A stretch of 64,000 bases of DNA, taken from NCBI GenBank assembly GCA_964016885.1, contig OZ024743.1, forward strand, positions 290,904,001 through 290,968,000. Direction: 5' to 3'. The position numbers were made by a program, and so were the translations under genes. Shown here piece after piece: positions 41,779 through 55,983 of this stretch; the stretch's first letter is position 1; every line of letters starts with the position of its first letter. Under the pieces are notes generated by a model. It was not told where the DNA came from and ran no database searches. It was given only the letters and a program-made list of their open reading frames with translations. This DNA comes from Eledone cirrhosa (taxonomy: Eukaryota).

Positions 41779-42070
41779 ATGTAATCTGAGTTTTTCGAAT
41801 ATTAATAATAACATTTGATTCGTTTGCAATTATGCTAACAAGCCTCAATTGTATAGCCATGTCAGGAGAATGAACTCTTCATTCTTGCTCTTATGTTGGC
41901 ATGGGAACAGAACTGCAGACACTAATCTTTTTGGGTATCACCCTTCATCAGTACAGCTCACTGTTAACCTGCCAAACTGTCAGAGCAAGTGAAAATATAT
42001 GCTATTTTCAAAAATACACAGTCACTGATCGGCCTGATTTGCATATTAGCAGACAGGCTGATCAGGCCGA
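41775..42070 (-). repeat. Second, SINE-free copy of the unclassified octamer-containing repeat
   Basis: The reverse complement aligns with 18406-18656 plus 18847-18872. Confidence 0.65.
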
Positions 42071-42235
42071 TCAGGCAGTCTGGTAAATCAGACCGACAGG
42101 TTGTACTGGGTTATATGTTACCAGTAGCACCTGACAGTGACCCGACATATGTGTGTGTATGTGTGCATATATATATATACACACACACACACATATATAT
42201 ATATGTGTGTAAATTTTGAGTATATGTTGGTTGTT

Positions 42236-42268
<33 letters not shown>

Positions 42269-42742
42269 CCCCCTGTTATACTGCTATACACAGTTAATTA
42301 TTCTGGGTACATAGAATTATAAATATGGAAACACATTGGTTTTTGTGAGAATTCAAGAGGGAATGTTTCTGATGCTGCATTCATATTTAAATATGTTTCA
42401 GTGAGACTAGCTTGCCAAAAATTGATTCTGAATCTACAAAGTGCAAACAGAAGTATCTGAATCAATCATTGGGTAAATAGGCAAGAATGATATATCGTAT
42501 ATTCCGATTACATCTTTCCGCTGGGTTCGTAAATTTACACATTTTGTGTCATATTTCAACAGAACAAATTCTATCTTGGGATTCATACCTATTGTTTAAT
42601 ACTTGTTATACAAATAGTATTGGGACAATATTTCACGATACATAACACTATAGAACATTTGGAATTACTTTATTTCAAAACAAAATTACAATATTATTCG
42701 GCGAGTTGTAGGAAACAAATGCCGCATGTTGTAGAAAGAAAC

Positions 42743-43405
42743 ATCGAGTGCTTAGCTGCCCTCTCCTGATTGTATATCGTTAGCTCGGCCACAGCCAAAA
42801 CTTCGATGTTATTGAACTTCCATTTGTTTTATTATCTCCTAGACTTAATGATTAATTAATTAATTTAATTAGATAATTCTATTGATTGGTTAATTATTTA
42901 TGTTTGTTTAATAACGCCTAGTCGAGAGCTTTATTCGGTTTGTGGAATGGAATTTATTCCTTTGTTTACAATTTGAATCAGACCGCCAAAACAGGGGGTT
43001 ACTTCCCTTTGGGAAAACCACGTCACCGCCAGCAGTTTTACTGCTACGTTTCACTACCCGCTTGAGGCACAGAACGGACGCCTGTTGATAAAGAGAATCC
43101 ACTATTCGATCATCCAAAACCCAAAACTTGAACGCTGTGAAAGTGGAATTGTATGTTTCGGATTCATACAAACATATCGGAGATATTGCATAGTATCGAT
43201 GAAATAGTCCAGGTTTGTCAAAATATCCTGAGTTGGTTTTCTCGTTGATTTGGTTCATGTGGCTGGCTTACTGGTCGCAGTCTTCAATTTATCAAGCTTC
43301 CTAACGTATGTTATTTCAACCTTATCGAGTGCTTTGCTGCACTTTCCGGTTTGTATATCGTTAGCTTGGCCACAGCCAAAACTTCGATTGTACTGAACTT
43401 TTATT

Positions 43406-43408
<3 letters not shown>
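42743..43408 (+). repeat. Diverged member of the 581-bp terminally redundant family
   Basis: 42743-~42827 is repeated at 43324-~43408 (period 581). Collinear similarity to 25578-26475. Ends at (TA)n. Confidence 0.7.
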
Positions 43409-43458
<50 letters not shown>

Positions 43459-43714
43459 TGATAATCCCTTCTTCCTCAACATACCTTAACGTGTTGCTAT
43501 TCCAACAGTGTTAATGGAAATACATAGTCCCTCTCTGTTGCTAATTAACAGAAAGGAACGGGGTTGAAATATACACAAATGAAACAGAGTAGAATTTGCA
43601 GTCTCAATGCGACATTAGATATGCTTGTAAACTTCCTTTCCCTCTCTTTTCTCTGCATCTCCGCCTATTTCTCTCTCTCTCTCTCTCGCTCTCTTTATCT
43701 TTCTTTCTCTCTCG

Positions 43715-43788
<74 letters not shown>

Positions 43789-43924
43789 ATGTGTGTGTGT
43801 GTGTGTTTGTGTGTCCTGTATATAGGTTGCTGATATATGCGCCAGTGTCTATAGACACATCGACTGTTGTTGTTCTCTTTCATATTCTACCTGCCGTCGC
43901 CTCTCTCACTCTCTCCACCCCATA

Positions 43925-45055
<1,131 letters not shown>

Positions 45056-45069
45056 AAATAACAGATTAA

Positions 45070-45120
45070 AGTTTAAGCAAAGAATCGCTGCTTTCACCCT
45101 TAACGGGATCTTCTGAGACT
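45070..45120 (-). ncRNA. Hammerhead-like motif with CAGAAGA core (3' pLTR)
   Basis: AGTCT-CAGAAGA-tCCC gttaa GGGt-GAAA-GCA..TGC-TT-AAACT. Confidence 0.55.
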
Positions 45121-48100
45121 AACAAAGCCAATCTGTGAACGCTGAGGTGAATATTTCAAAAAACGTTACAACCGGAGGAAGACAGGAAGACGATACTTTG
45201 GTTGGTGGAAACGTTACCTGGCGAAGAACGGGAAAAAACGAATATAATACGTCATTATTTGGAGCGGTGAAAAACAATTACACGCAAAGACATATCACGT
45301 TTATGGTATAAAAGAAGTCGTGGACTAATATTCCATTAGGTGGTTCATAGAGACGTTCTCTGGCAATGAAAGGAAGAAACGAAGATAATACGTCATATGT
45401 GGGGCGTGGATAACAATTGCACGCAAAGAAAACACCACGTAAATGGTATAACTGAAGTCGTAGACAACATTCTATCTAGGAAACCGAATGATTCTCGGCT
45501 TAAGAGTTAAGAATAAAGTAAATAATATACAGATGTTATGGAAATTAAATAAATACATACACGCATCCACATGTGTACATACACAAGCATACGCGAAAAC
45601 ACTTGCCATAGGTATACAAATACACGCACGCACACAAAAACAAAACCGCACGCACATACGGAACCCACGCAACGCCTGTACTCGCACGCATACGAATGTA
45701 TACATCAAATACACATAAAAATATATATTAAAAAAAATAATACATATATATATATATATATGTGTGCGTGTATACATATAATTAAATAAACGTATATAAA
45801 TAAATAAATACCTATATAACAAGCGCACACACATACCTACATGTGAATACACATATGTTCGGAGACGAACGTCAACCAAACCAGAAAGTACACATATACA
45901 CACACCCTACATACGTACGAACCCGCATACTCACACAGACGCAAAACTCACGTATACACATATCCCAAAGCATCTGTACCAGAATATATAATATATATGC
46001 CATAACATATACAATCAAATATACATACGAGAAAGTATAGGTACCTTCACAAAGCATACAGGTAATATATACTTACCTATACAAATAAGTAATGGTATAA
46101 ACATAACATACAGTTAGATACCACATCAAGACGTAAAATATCCGCGTATAGATTGTACTATCCGTTAAGGTATATTGTGGTGCTGTAATACAGGAAAGTA
46201 TTGTGTAATTTATGTTTACAAGCCGAAATTGCCTCAGATCTTTTGTTTAAGATGTGGTCTGTGCCGTAGAGTATTTCCAGGGCCTCAGAGGCGCAGAGGT
46301 CACATGGTCTTTTATTTCCGTTATACGATCTAGCCCTAGCTAGGATCTCCCAGTGTAACTTATATTGGGTGTGGTTGTCTTTTAGACTCCAGATATGAGC
46401 TGAAAGTGACGTCATATTCCTTCTAAAAGGGTAACGAAAATAATGGGTATTCATGTAAAGACGCTGCTTGAATCTATTGGCGGTTAACCCTATGTAGGCC
46501 CTACGGGACGTGGGTGTGACAACCTTACATTTGTAGACAATGTTACTAGAGATGCATTTCCCGGATTGGGGGCAGTCAACCCGATTCCTACAATTACAGT
46601 TAGTACTAACTACAGAGATGCACGTGTTCCTACAGCTAGGTAGTTTAGCTAAATTTGAAGCTGTGATGTTATGTGCAAGGTTCGGAGTCGTAGAGTAAGG
46701 CATTTTAATAGTATTTATATTACAAATGTTACTATATTTATGTGTAGGGGTAAAATGCTTCATAATAAGGGAGAGAAAGATCTCAGCTAATGGTGTGGCC
46801 ACCTCCATATTATATGGTTGGTTATACCATATAATGCGTCGGGATCTATTTCTTCTAGGTCTATTCTCGAACTCTGTATATGCTACCTTGTCGACAAATC
46901 CACTCCGAGCAAGAGCTTCATTGTAATATGTGGCATGGTCGTTGAAAATATGCTCGTTAGTAGATAGACGGGAAAGCCTCGGAGAAACGTTTCTTACCAG
47001 GTTCTTGGTTATGCTGGCAGGATTGTTAGAATTCGCCTTTCTATACGGGTAATGCAAGCCATCGATACATTGAGGGTAACGTCGAGGTAATTAACGACCG
47101 AGAGGTTGGTCTCAACCTGTATGGAGAGGTTGAAGCCTTTAAAGAAGGTTGTGAGTTCTTTTCTGAACCTGTCGCAAGAACGTGGGCCGCACTTAGTCAT
47201 GGTCAAAATACCATATTCACGGTACAAACCACCGCCCACATTGGGGAATTCTTCCTTGATAGAAAAAAGAAGGAAAAGGCCGATAAGATCAGTAACCTCC
47301 GCAGAATCTCTGGCGCCCATACTCACGTCGAATGGGGTACTATTAGATTTTTTAATCCAAATAGAGTCGTCGAAATTAATCACCGACTTACGGGCATTGA
47401 GGATGACATCAACTTCGAAATCCTTAACTTTAGCGAAATTGATAACTCTAAGGAGAAGTGGTAAAGTGATGGAAGAGTAGTAATTATTTATGTCGAATTG
47501 GATAAAACGGCAATGCTCCTTGTTGCATATGCCGCCAAAGAATTGTTCCACAGTGCAAGAGGGGCCAAACTTCTAATTTCAGGTATAATTCTATCAAGAA
47601 TCCTTTTACTAAGTCTACCTAAATCGGACTTCGTAGGGTTAATAAGCCGAATAGAGGGGTTGTTTGGAAAATTGGATTTGTGATCCTTCAGGGAAAAGTG
47701 GGGAGAATTAGGGCCCACAGGTTCACTACGGTCCAGGATGTTGAGATCAGAGGTGATTTTAAACCCAGCATCGTTGATTTCATTAATGACGCTCCGGTTA
47801 GTTTTACGGTAATCCTTAGTTACAGCATTATGTAGCAGTTGATGGTAGGAACTCCGCTCCACTTGATATTGATTGCCAGTTTTGTCGGATTGGACATGCA
47901 CGGCATTAGAATCCTTAATAGAATAAATTCTATTCTTCATTACCGGCTGGATGGAATTGCTCCTATTCCGAAATGTGATACTTTGTATGAGTTCCAAGAC
48001 ATCATTTTCGAAGGGTAGCAATGCTGGGTTACTCGGAGGGTTATTATAGGTTTTAAACCCAAATGTATCCTGTTTGTTGTCTGGCTTTCTGTGATTATCG

Positions 48101-48382
48101 AAATAAAAGGCACGCCAACGCAACCTTTTAATGAACGCGTCTGTTTTCTGTATCAGGAGTTTTAGTTATATTTTCCTGCTTGGTACGGGTATGTTCTTTT
48201 TTGAAATATTCAGATGTTGTTTCTGCATGATGAATATAAGTCAATATAGTTCTCAACCGAGGGAGCCAAATAGAAATAACAATAAATTTGAAGACTAAAA
48301 TACAAAGAGGGCTCGATAAGGATAAATATATATCAAATATATAAGAACCGTAGAGCAAATATTTATTAAAATAACCGATTAA

Positions 48383-48433
48383 AGTTTAAGCAAAGAATCG
48401 CTGCTTTCACCCTTAACGGGATCTTCTGAAACT
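48383..48433 (-). ncRNA. Hammerhead-like motif with CAGAAGA core (5' pLTR)
   Basis: AGTTT-CAGAAGA-tCCC gttaa GGGt-GAAA-GCA..TGC-TT-AAACT, with a perfect 5-bp stem I. Confidence 0.6.
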
Positions 48434-48615
48434 AACAAAGTCAATCTTTGAACGCTGAAGTGAATATTTCAAAAAATGCTGCAACCGGAGTAAGACAGGA
48501 AGACGATACTTTGGTTCGTGGAAACGTTCCCTGGCAAATAACGGGAAAAAACGAAATATATATACATATAATGCGATAAATAATTATGTTGATTTAATGC
48601 CGTCTTAACTACCAT

Positions 48616-48799
48616 GGTAGATTTGTAGTATGTATCGGTAGAGGGTCGGACGCCATGCTTTGCAGCAAAGACTTACGGCCCCTAAGATCTGATTTCAAAT
48701 TCCGCCGATATTGACTTTGCCTTTCATCTTTAGGAGGCCGATAACATTAGGTAATGCACTGGCATAATTGATGGCCTTGTGCCAAAAGTAGAAACAATT
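48616..48799 (+). mobile_element. SINE, diverged
   Basis: Aligns with 21609-21800. Confidence 0.85.
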
Positions 48800-48928
48800 A
48801 TTTGATAAATGAATACTCCGGCTCTCAATATCAACTACCTGGGATAAACTACTGACGGGTAGTGATTTGTCGCTAGTACCTGCTTATCATCAGGTAGTTA
48901 CTACAAAACAACTAAAATAAACAACATT

Positions 48929-48998
<70 letters not shown>

Positions 48999-49751
48999 TT
49001 AAATATACACGAGATAAACTCATTCTGTACTTATTTATCCGGGCGGTTGAATAGATTTAATCTATTCCACTTCTTTCTGACTCCCATTCTTGAACTGTAT
49101 AAGTATCGAAAAAGATTCTCAATTAAATTCAAAAGTGTGCAGCCGTTGCGTATAAACTCAGTGTTAAACACCATCTTGCTGTGTTTTATTAGCAATTTCT
49201 TATGTAAATTTCAGACCGAATCATTTACTTAAAATACGAAACAGTAAATGTCTTTAAAACTTCGTTTTTCATCCAGAAGTTTGAAAATCACAATATAGGA
49301 TTTCAAAACTTTCCCGATAATTACCAGCTTCTTCGTTTGATGAGTGATTTTAAGAGTCCACAAAGACTAACCGTTATTTAGTCGGTTGTCATCCATAATC
49401 ATTCTGCCAGAAACACGCAGCATTCAAAATGACTATGATCGATAGAATCCAAACTCTTTTGTCAACAAGTTTTTGATCGAAGATCAATCTCATTTTCTTA
49501 GACTTGCTAAAATTTCGTATCTACTTCAGCTGTACAGGCCTCGTAAATCTTTCGACCACTGTGTTTAAGATATTTTGGAATACACATGTAGAGGAAGTGA
49601 ACTAGGGTAGTAAATAATGATTTCCGACAGAGTAGTCTTAGTCATGTCATAGAATTTCATTTAATAGCAAGCGGAATCTACTTCATTTGTGATTTTTCTT
49701 TTCTTTTCATTTAGATTACATTGAAGTCATGATAGTTGATATAATGAGCTC

Positions 49752-49931
49752 GTGGATTGGCAGTATCGGTAGAGGGTCAGACGCCATGCTTTGCAGCAAA
49801 GAGTTAAGGCCCTTTATGGACTGGGTTCAAATCCCGCCGAGGTTAAATTTTCCCTTTCACCCATACGAGGTCAATAAAATACCAGTAATACACTGGAATA
49901 ATTGCTGGCCTTGTGCCAAATGTAGAAAAAA
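49752..49931 (+). mobile_element. SINE
   Basis: A and B boxes plus core domain. Confidence 0.88.
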
Positions 49932-50126
49932 TTATATATATATATATACACACACATGCCAATAACATTTTATTTCTCGCCCTAGCAAGGCTGTTACATA
50001 AATGTAAGTATACATACTCACACACACACACATACAAAAAAAACACACCCATATACACACACACACTCATATATATATGTATATACATACACATGCACGT
50101 ATGGGTTATATCGAACATTAATAATT

Positions 50127-50316
50127 TTTGGTTCTATTTTAGGCACAAGGCCAGCAATTACCCAGTACATTACTGGTACTTTATTTTATCGACTCCTTAA
50201 GGATGAAAGGCAAAGTTAACCTCGGCGGGATTTGAACTCATTTCATAAAGGGACGTAACTCTATGCTTCAAAGCAAGGTGTCCGACTCTCTACCGATACT
50301 GCCAATCCACAGCCCT
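50127..50316 (-). mobile_element. SINE with ~18-bp TSD
   Basis: Full SINE flanked by TATATCGAA(C/A)ATTAATAAT at ~50107 and ~50317. Confidence 0.88.
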
Positions 50317-50559
50317 CTATATCGAAAATTAATAATAATATTCGATTCGTTTGTAAACGAACAACCCGATTAAAGCAGTGTCATGCCGATGACAAATCGT
50401 CATCCGTTTGTTCAGCACTGGCATTGAGGAATAATCGACATGTTTCTGTGTCATTACTCTTCATCAGGACTGTATACCTCTGCCAATCTGTTGAACGGTT
50501 GGAAATATATAATATTTTATTAATTATACATCGGCTGACTTTGCAGAATAGAGTTACAG

Positions 50560-50708
50560 TCCTTTACGGTCTGAGTTCAAATCCCGCCAAGATTTACTTT
50601 CATCTTTACGGGGTCGATAAAATAAAGTACCAGTCACGCAATGGGATCGATTTAATCGACTTTCTCCTCCCCAAAATTCCTGGCTTTGTGCCTATATAAG
50701 AAACCATT
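50560..50708 (+). mobile_element. SINE, 5'-truncated long-tail variant
   Basis: B box, core, and tail GGGATCGATTTAATCGAC..CCCCAAAATTCCTGGCTTTGTGCC. Confidence 0.8.
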
Positions 50709-51333
50709 AATTATACATCGGCTGAGTAGCCTCATTTGTATACCGAGTGAGTCAGGGCTGACCGTACCGAAAACTAAAAATAAAATTAGAATTTTAATTT
50801 AATTCTCGTCCTAGTACAGCTGTTACATAAATGTAAGTATGCATACGCACACATACATATATACACACATATATATATACACACACATATATATAAAGGG
50901 TGTATGTTTAGATGTTTGGAACAAGGCAAGTGAAGTTTAGAATTGAAATAGAAATAGAAGTTTCACAGTAACAATTTTCACTATAATATAGACTAACAAT
51001 GGTGTGTGTATACCCAGTGAACAGAAATAGGTGAGTATCCCATGGTGTACCCTGTCTGCTGATTTATGTATATGTGCTGACGTTTTCTCCTTGTCTCGTG
51101 ATATATATATATATATATATATATATGAATATATGTATATGACAAAGAAGATGTAAGTCACCAGGTGGACCATAACGCACCAGAGTACTCGATACTTAGG
51201 GTAGTACAGTGGGTAATAGGAAAAGTGTCAGGACGCCGAAGACTGAGCTCCGCCAGATCGGATCAAGCTGTCGAAACACACGGAGCTCAGCCGTCGGAGA
51301 CCTGACTCTTTTCCTATATATAATATATATATG

Positions 51334-51429
<96 letters not shown>

Positions 51430-52577
51430 CATGTGTGTGGATATATATATATATATTTATATATATATAGATAGATAGATGTATATTTACATATACATGG
51501 ATATGTGTGCGCATGCATTGTTCAGCAGTGAATTTATTTGTTGTCTTTCAATAACTTTTCCCTTGGAATAGTGAAATATATATTTTTCTTTGCAGAAATA
51601 TTTTGAGTTATCATCATTTAAGTCTTCCGGTGTCTTCTAAGATATACATTTAGAAATATTTTAGTAACTATAATATAGTTGATGTCATTTACTCGAGTAA
51701 ACCAATGACCATTTGTTCATTTCATATATATATGATAGTTTGTGATATCTACTGCTAAATGAAAAGCGATTGTCGATGAATCGTTTCAAGGAAGCAGTGT
51801 TCTTATTGAGATATTCATTTCTAGTACTACCTCTCCATCGCAATATTCTGTTAACGCATCGCATATGATTAATTTTCAACGACTCCAATACATGACTAGA
51901 ATAATATTTATCTACCCCGAATGAGTTAAATTGAGTGTAATTAGAGCTCACAATGTAGTGACTCGGATGAAATATATATTCCTGACCTTTTAAACCCTAA
52001 AACATTTATGCAATTCCATCACAACTAACTCCTATATGATTCGTCCTGTATATCACAAGATATAATCGCTTTAAATAATTCATCAGATTTCTAATTCCAT
52101 TTAGGATCGAAATATTAGAAATTGTAAATGCTTTGATATATTTCGCATATAATTAATGAGAAATTAAATAATTATAAATAGAAGAAACCTATAAGCCGCG
52201 ATGTATGATATATCGCCTGTCAAATTAGTATATTATATTCTTAGATTAGCGTACTATTAAATTCCTGCTTTCTGAACGCTTTCATTTAAGGAATTTTACA
52301 GATGGTGTCCGGTACTGAAGTTTTACATGGAACTTTACCGAAATGCATCGACGATAGTCCTACTTGTTTCTGACGAGCACCTATTGGTGACGTTAGCTGC
52401 CAGTGTCATTCATAGCAATGGCTTTCTACATGTCTATTTATAAACATACCCGTATTTTTCTAATAATACGAAATCCAAATACACATTTGTATACAGCTAT
52501 GTTCTAAGCTATATTATAATTATATATATATATATATATGTATGTGTGTGATTATGGGGGGTGTATATATAAAGTAC

Positions 52578-52618
<41 letters not shown>

Positions 52619-52668
52619 CATATTAAACAAATAATGAACAAACAATTCCTTATATTAAACAAAAAAAG

Positions 52669-52823
52669 TTCACTATTTAACGATCGTTTCTAGGGCATAT
52701 ATGTGTTATAATTGGTATGCATATTTAACAGATCTATGTACAAAATTATACAAAATTATACAAATTATCAAGATTAAATATACATACCTAACTCATATAT
52801 ACGCCGTCTTCAGAAATAATGAA
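52669..52823 (-). ncRNA. Type I hammerhead ribozyme with long stem II (3' pLTR)
   Basis: Reverse complement of 58791-58945. Confidence 0.85.
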
Positions 52824-53582
52824 GTATATTTATTGATAATAACAACAATTCAAAATATCAGTTCAAAATTGACCAATGAAAACACAAAGGGTTAAAAGCA
52901 GTTTGGTGTGTGTATACACATGCAAAAACCTTACACATATTTTACAATAATGTGTGTATAATTTGTATGTGTATACTAAAAAGATGGATGCAAACACAAA
53001 ATTTCAAGGTTAATATCTCTGTAAGCTTAATGCGCTGATAAGATACGCAAAGATACTTATGGAGTCAAGCATATAAATATATTTTTTTCATACTCACACA
53101 TATCAGTATAATCACACATACATGTGCGTATATGCATAAATATACACATAACCACGAACATACAAACACACACACTCCCCCACTCACATTTATATATGTG
53201 GATATAAAATCATAAGCAAATAGAAATTAAGTCACTCACATAAAAACACTGGTACACACATTTCAAGATCAAGATACAGAAATTAGGTGGGAGGGGGGGG
53301 GGAGGGGTCAGTATTAGATTGTCAGACCAGACAGCCTAATATAAATGTATCTATAAATTAAGAAAAATAAAAAAATAAAAACAATAAAATATAATAAATG
53401 TACATACACATACAGATATACATACACGTACATACATGTACGCGCACATAGAGATATCTACACATACATACATACACACATACCTATACTGTCATACACA
53501 CACATATATTTACACGAACATACACATACACATATAAAAAGATATAAATACACACACACTCACGCGCAACACATACACACAT

Positions 53583-53621
<39 letters not shown>

Positions 53622-53642
53622 TATACACACACACATAGACTC

Positions 53643-53676
<34 letters not shown>

Positions 53677-53734
53677 ATACAAACATATATATCCCCACAC
53701 TCATACCACCATAAATATACATACAAACACCCAC

Positions 53735-53772
<38 letters not shown>

Positions 53773-53983
53773 ACATATACACACGTACACATATATATAT
53801 ATATATACACATATATACACATACACATATACATATACACACACATAAAAAACAGACATGCACATATATATATATATATATATATACATATTTCATTACT
53901 CTTATATATACACATAGTATATATACATACACAACCTCACTTATACACATATACACATAAGTTATATTACAATAATAATAAAG

Positions 53984-54058
<75 letters not shown>

Positions 54059-54155
54059 CACATACATACACATACATACATACACCTAAACATATACATA
54101 CATAAATACACACATACGAATAAAGACATATATTCACACATAGACACCTATATAC

Positions 54156-54186
<31 letters not shown>

Positions 54187-54201
54187 TATCTATATATATA
54201 C

Positions 54202-54244
<43 letters not shown>

Positions 54245-55983
54245 CACACACACACACACACACAGACACACATACACACTCACATATACATATATATATA
54301 TGTGTATGTGAGCGTGCGCAAATACATATATATATATACACACACACATACAAACACACACAAACACATACATATGCATACATGCACACACACACACATA
54401 TATCACATAGATACGAAGATAAACATATAAATAGAGAGACATACAAATATATACAGAACCCATATACACATACATACAACCACGCATATACATATACATA
54501 CATATATACACATATATATATTCCTATATACAAGCATACACATACATACACATATATACATATACATACACATATACATACCACACATTCACATACACAT
54601 ACATATATAATACATATATATACATATATATACATACATATGTATGTACAATCATATATACACACTCAATCTTACATTCATATTTACATGCTCATATATG
54701 TATTTTTATATTTAGAAATAAATACCAAAACCTATATAGACACCCACCTACACATATATTCATACATATACTCTTATAAAAACAGATGATAATAGTATGG
54801 GGGAAAGGGGGGGTTTGGGGAAGGGGATCAAAGTAAATATATGTTTCAAGAAACATATAATATTTTCCGTATCTTAATTCAATGTATGTTCTTACATATT
54901 TTCAGTGCTAGGAAATACGAAATCTATGCATCCCAAAATAAAAAAGTATACCATTAATCATATGTTAACTAAACCAAAGATAGTCAACATATTGATTTCC
55001 AAGGTGTAAATTAGTTAGGTTTATAATATTTGAAGCAGAATTATGAAGTCAAACAGTAGTAGATTATTAATTACATTATAACTAAATTAAAGTTAATAAC
55101 GTTATGGTATCAATATTAGGAGATGAATTTAGTAATAGGGAAAAGAAACCCAAATAAAAATAAAATAAAGTATTACATCGGTAGTAGCATATAAATTATA
55201 TGTTAACTAAATTAAAAATTATATATTTATTTCAATAGTATACGTTAATTAGTATATGTTAATTAGGTATACAATACATAAAGCAGATATTGTATTTCAT
55301 CAATAGCATAATATAATTATATGCAAATAAAAATCAAAATTAATACGCATACATATACATATACATACACATACACATATATATACATATACACACACAT
55401 ATATATATATATACATATATATACACATACATACATATATAGTCACATAAATATACATACAGATACCCATACAATACACACATATACATATACATATAGA
55501 TATACATATCTTTTTCAAAAAATTGCACAGAATATATTAACTAGGTATATATCCAAAACACATCCCATTCTATGATTACATGACATTCTGCAATTCGTCT
55601 GTACAAGGATACTAATTTTAAGCAAATTAAAATTAAAGTTTTAGGTTGATTAAAACTAAAACCAAATAATAAATATATTTCCAAAATGTATATTAATTAG
55701 GTCTATAATACTAAAAAATTCTTTCTCCGTCATAGGATACATGATATTATTTTGTTATATTTTATCTGTAAAAGAATTATAATAAAAAAAAAATTATAAT
55801 AAAAGGTTAAAATAAATTAAAATTAATCCATAAATTAAATTACTGAGTATATATTAGTAATATTTAAAGGTTTTTCAAAATTTATGATTACATAATATTT
55901 TCTCATCTGTAATAAAATATTAATTAAATTAAATTTATAGGTTAACTAACATTTAAATTAAATTAAATTCTAGAATAATGTAA

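Larger units (their letters stand above)
45055..48555 (-). mobile_element. Full-length but decayed PLE with 188-bp direct pseudo-LTRs
   Basis: pLTRs at 45055-45242 and 48368-48555. Frameshifted ORF ~48230-46158 with RWRAFYFD, QFDINNYY, MGARDSAE, YREY (decayed YRDD), CNCRNRVDCP and YIGLT. Confidence 0.92.

Noticed and set aside
42908-43258. 116-aa minus-strand ORF within the 581-nt unit
   Set aside because: The frame is not open in the homologous unit at 25578-26475.
49200-49690. Possible decayed DNA-transposase C-terminus
   Set aside because: Similarity is too weak by eye.
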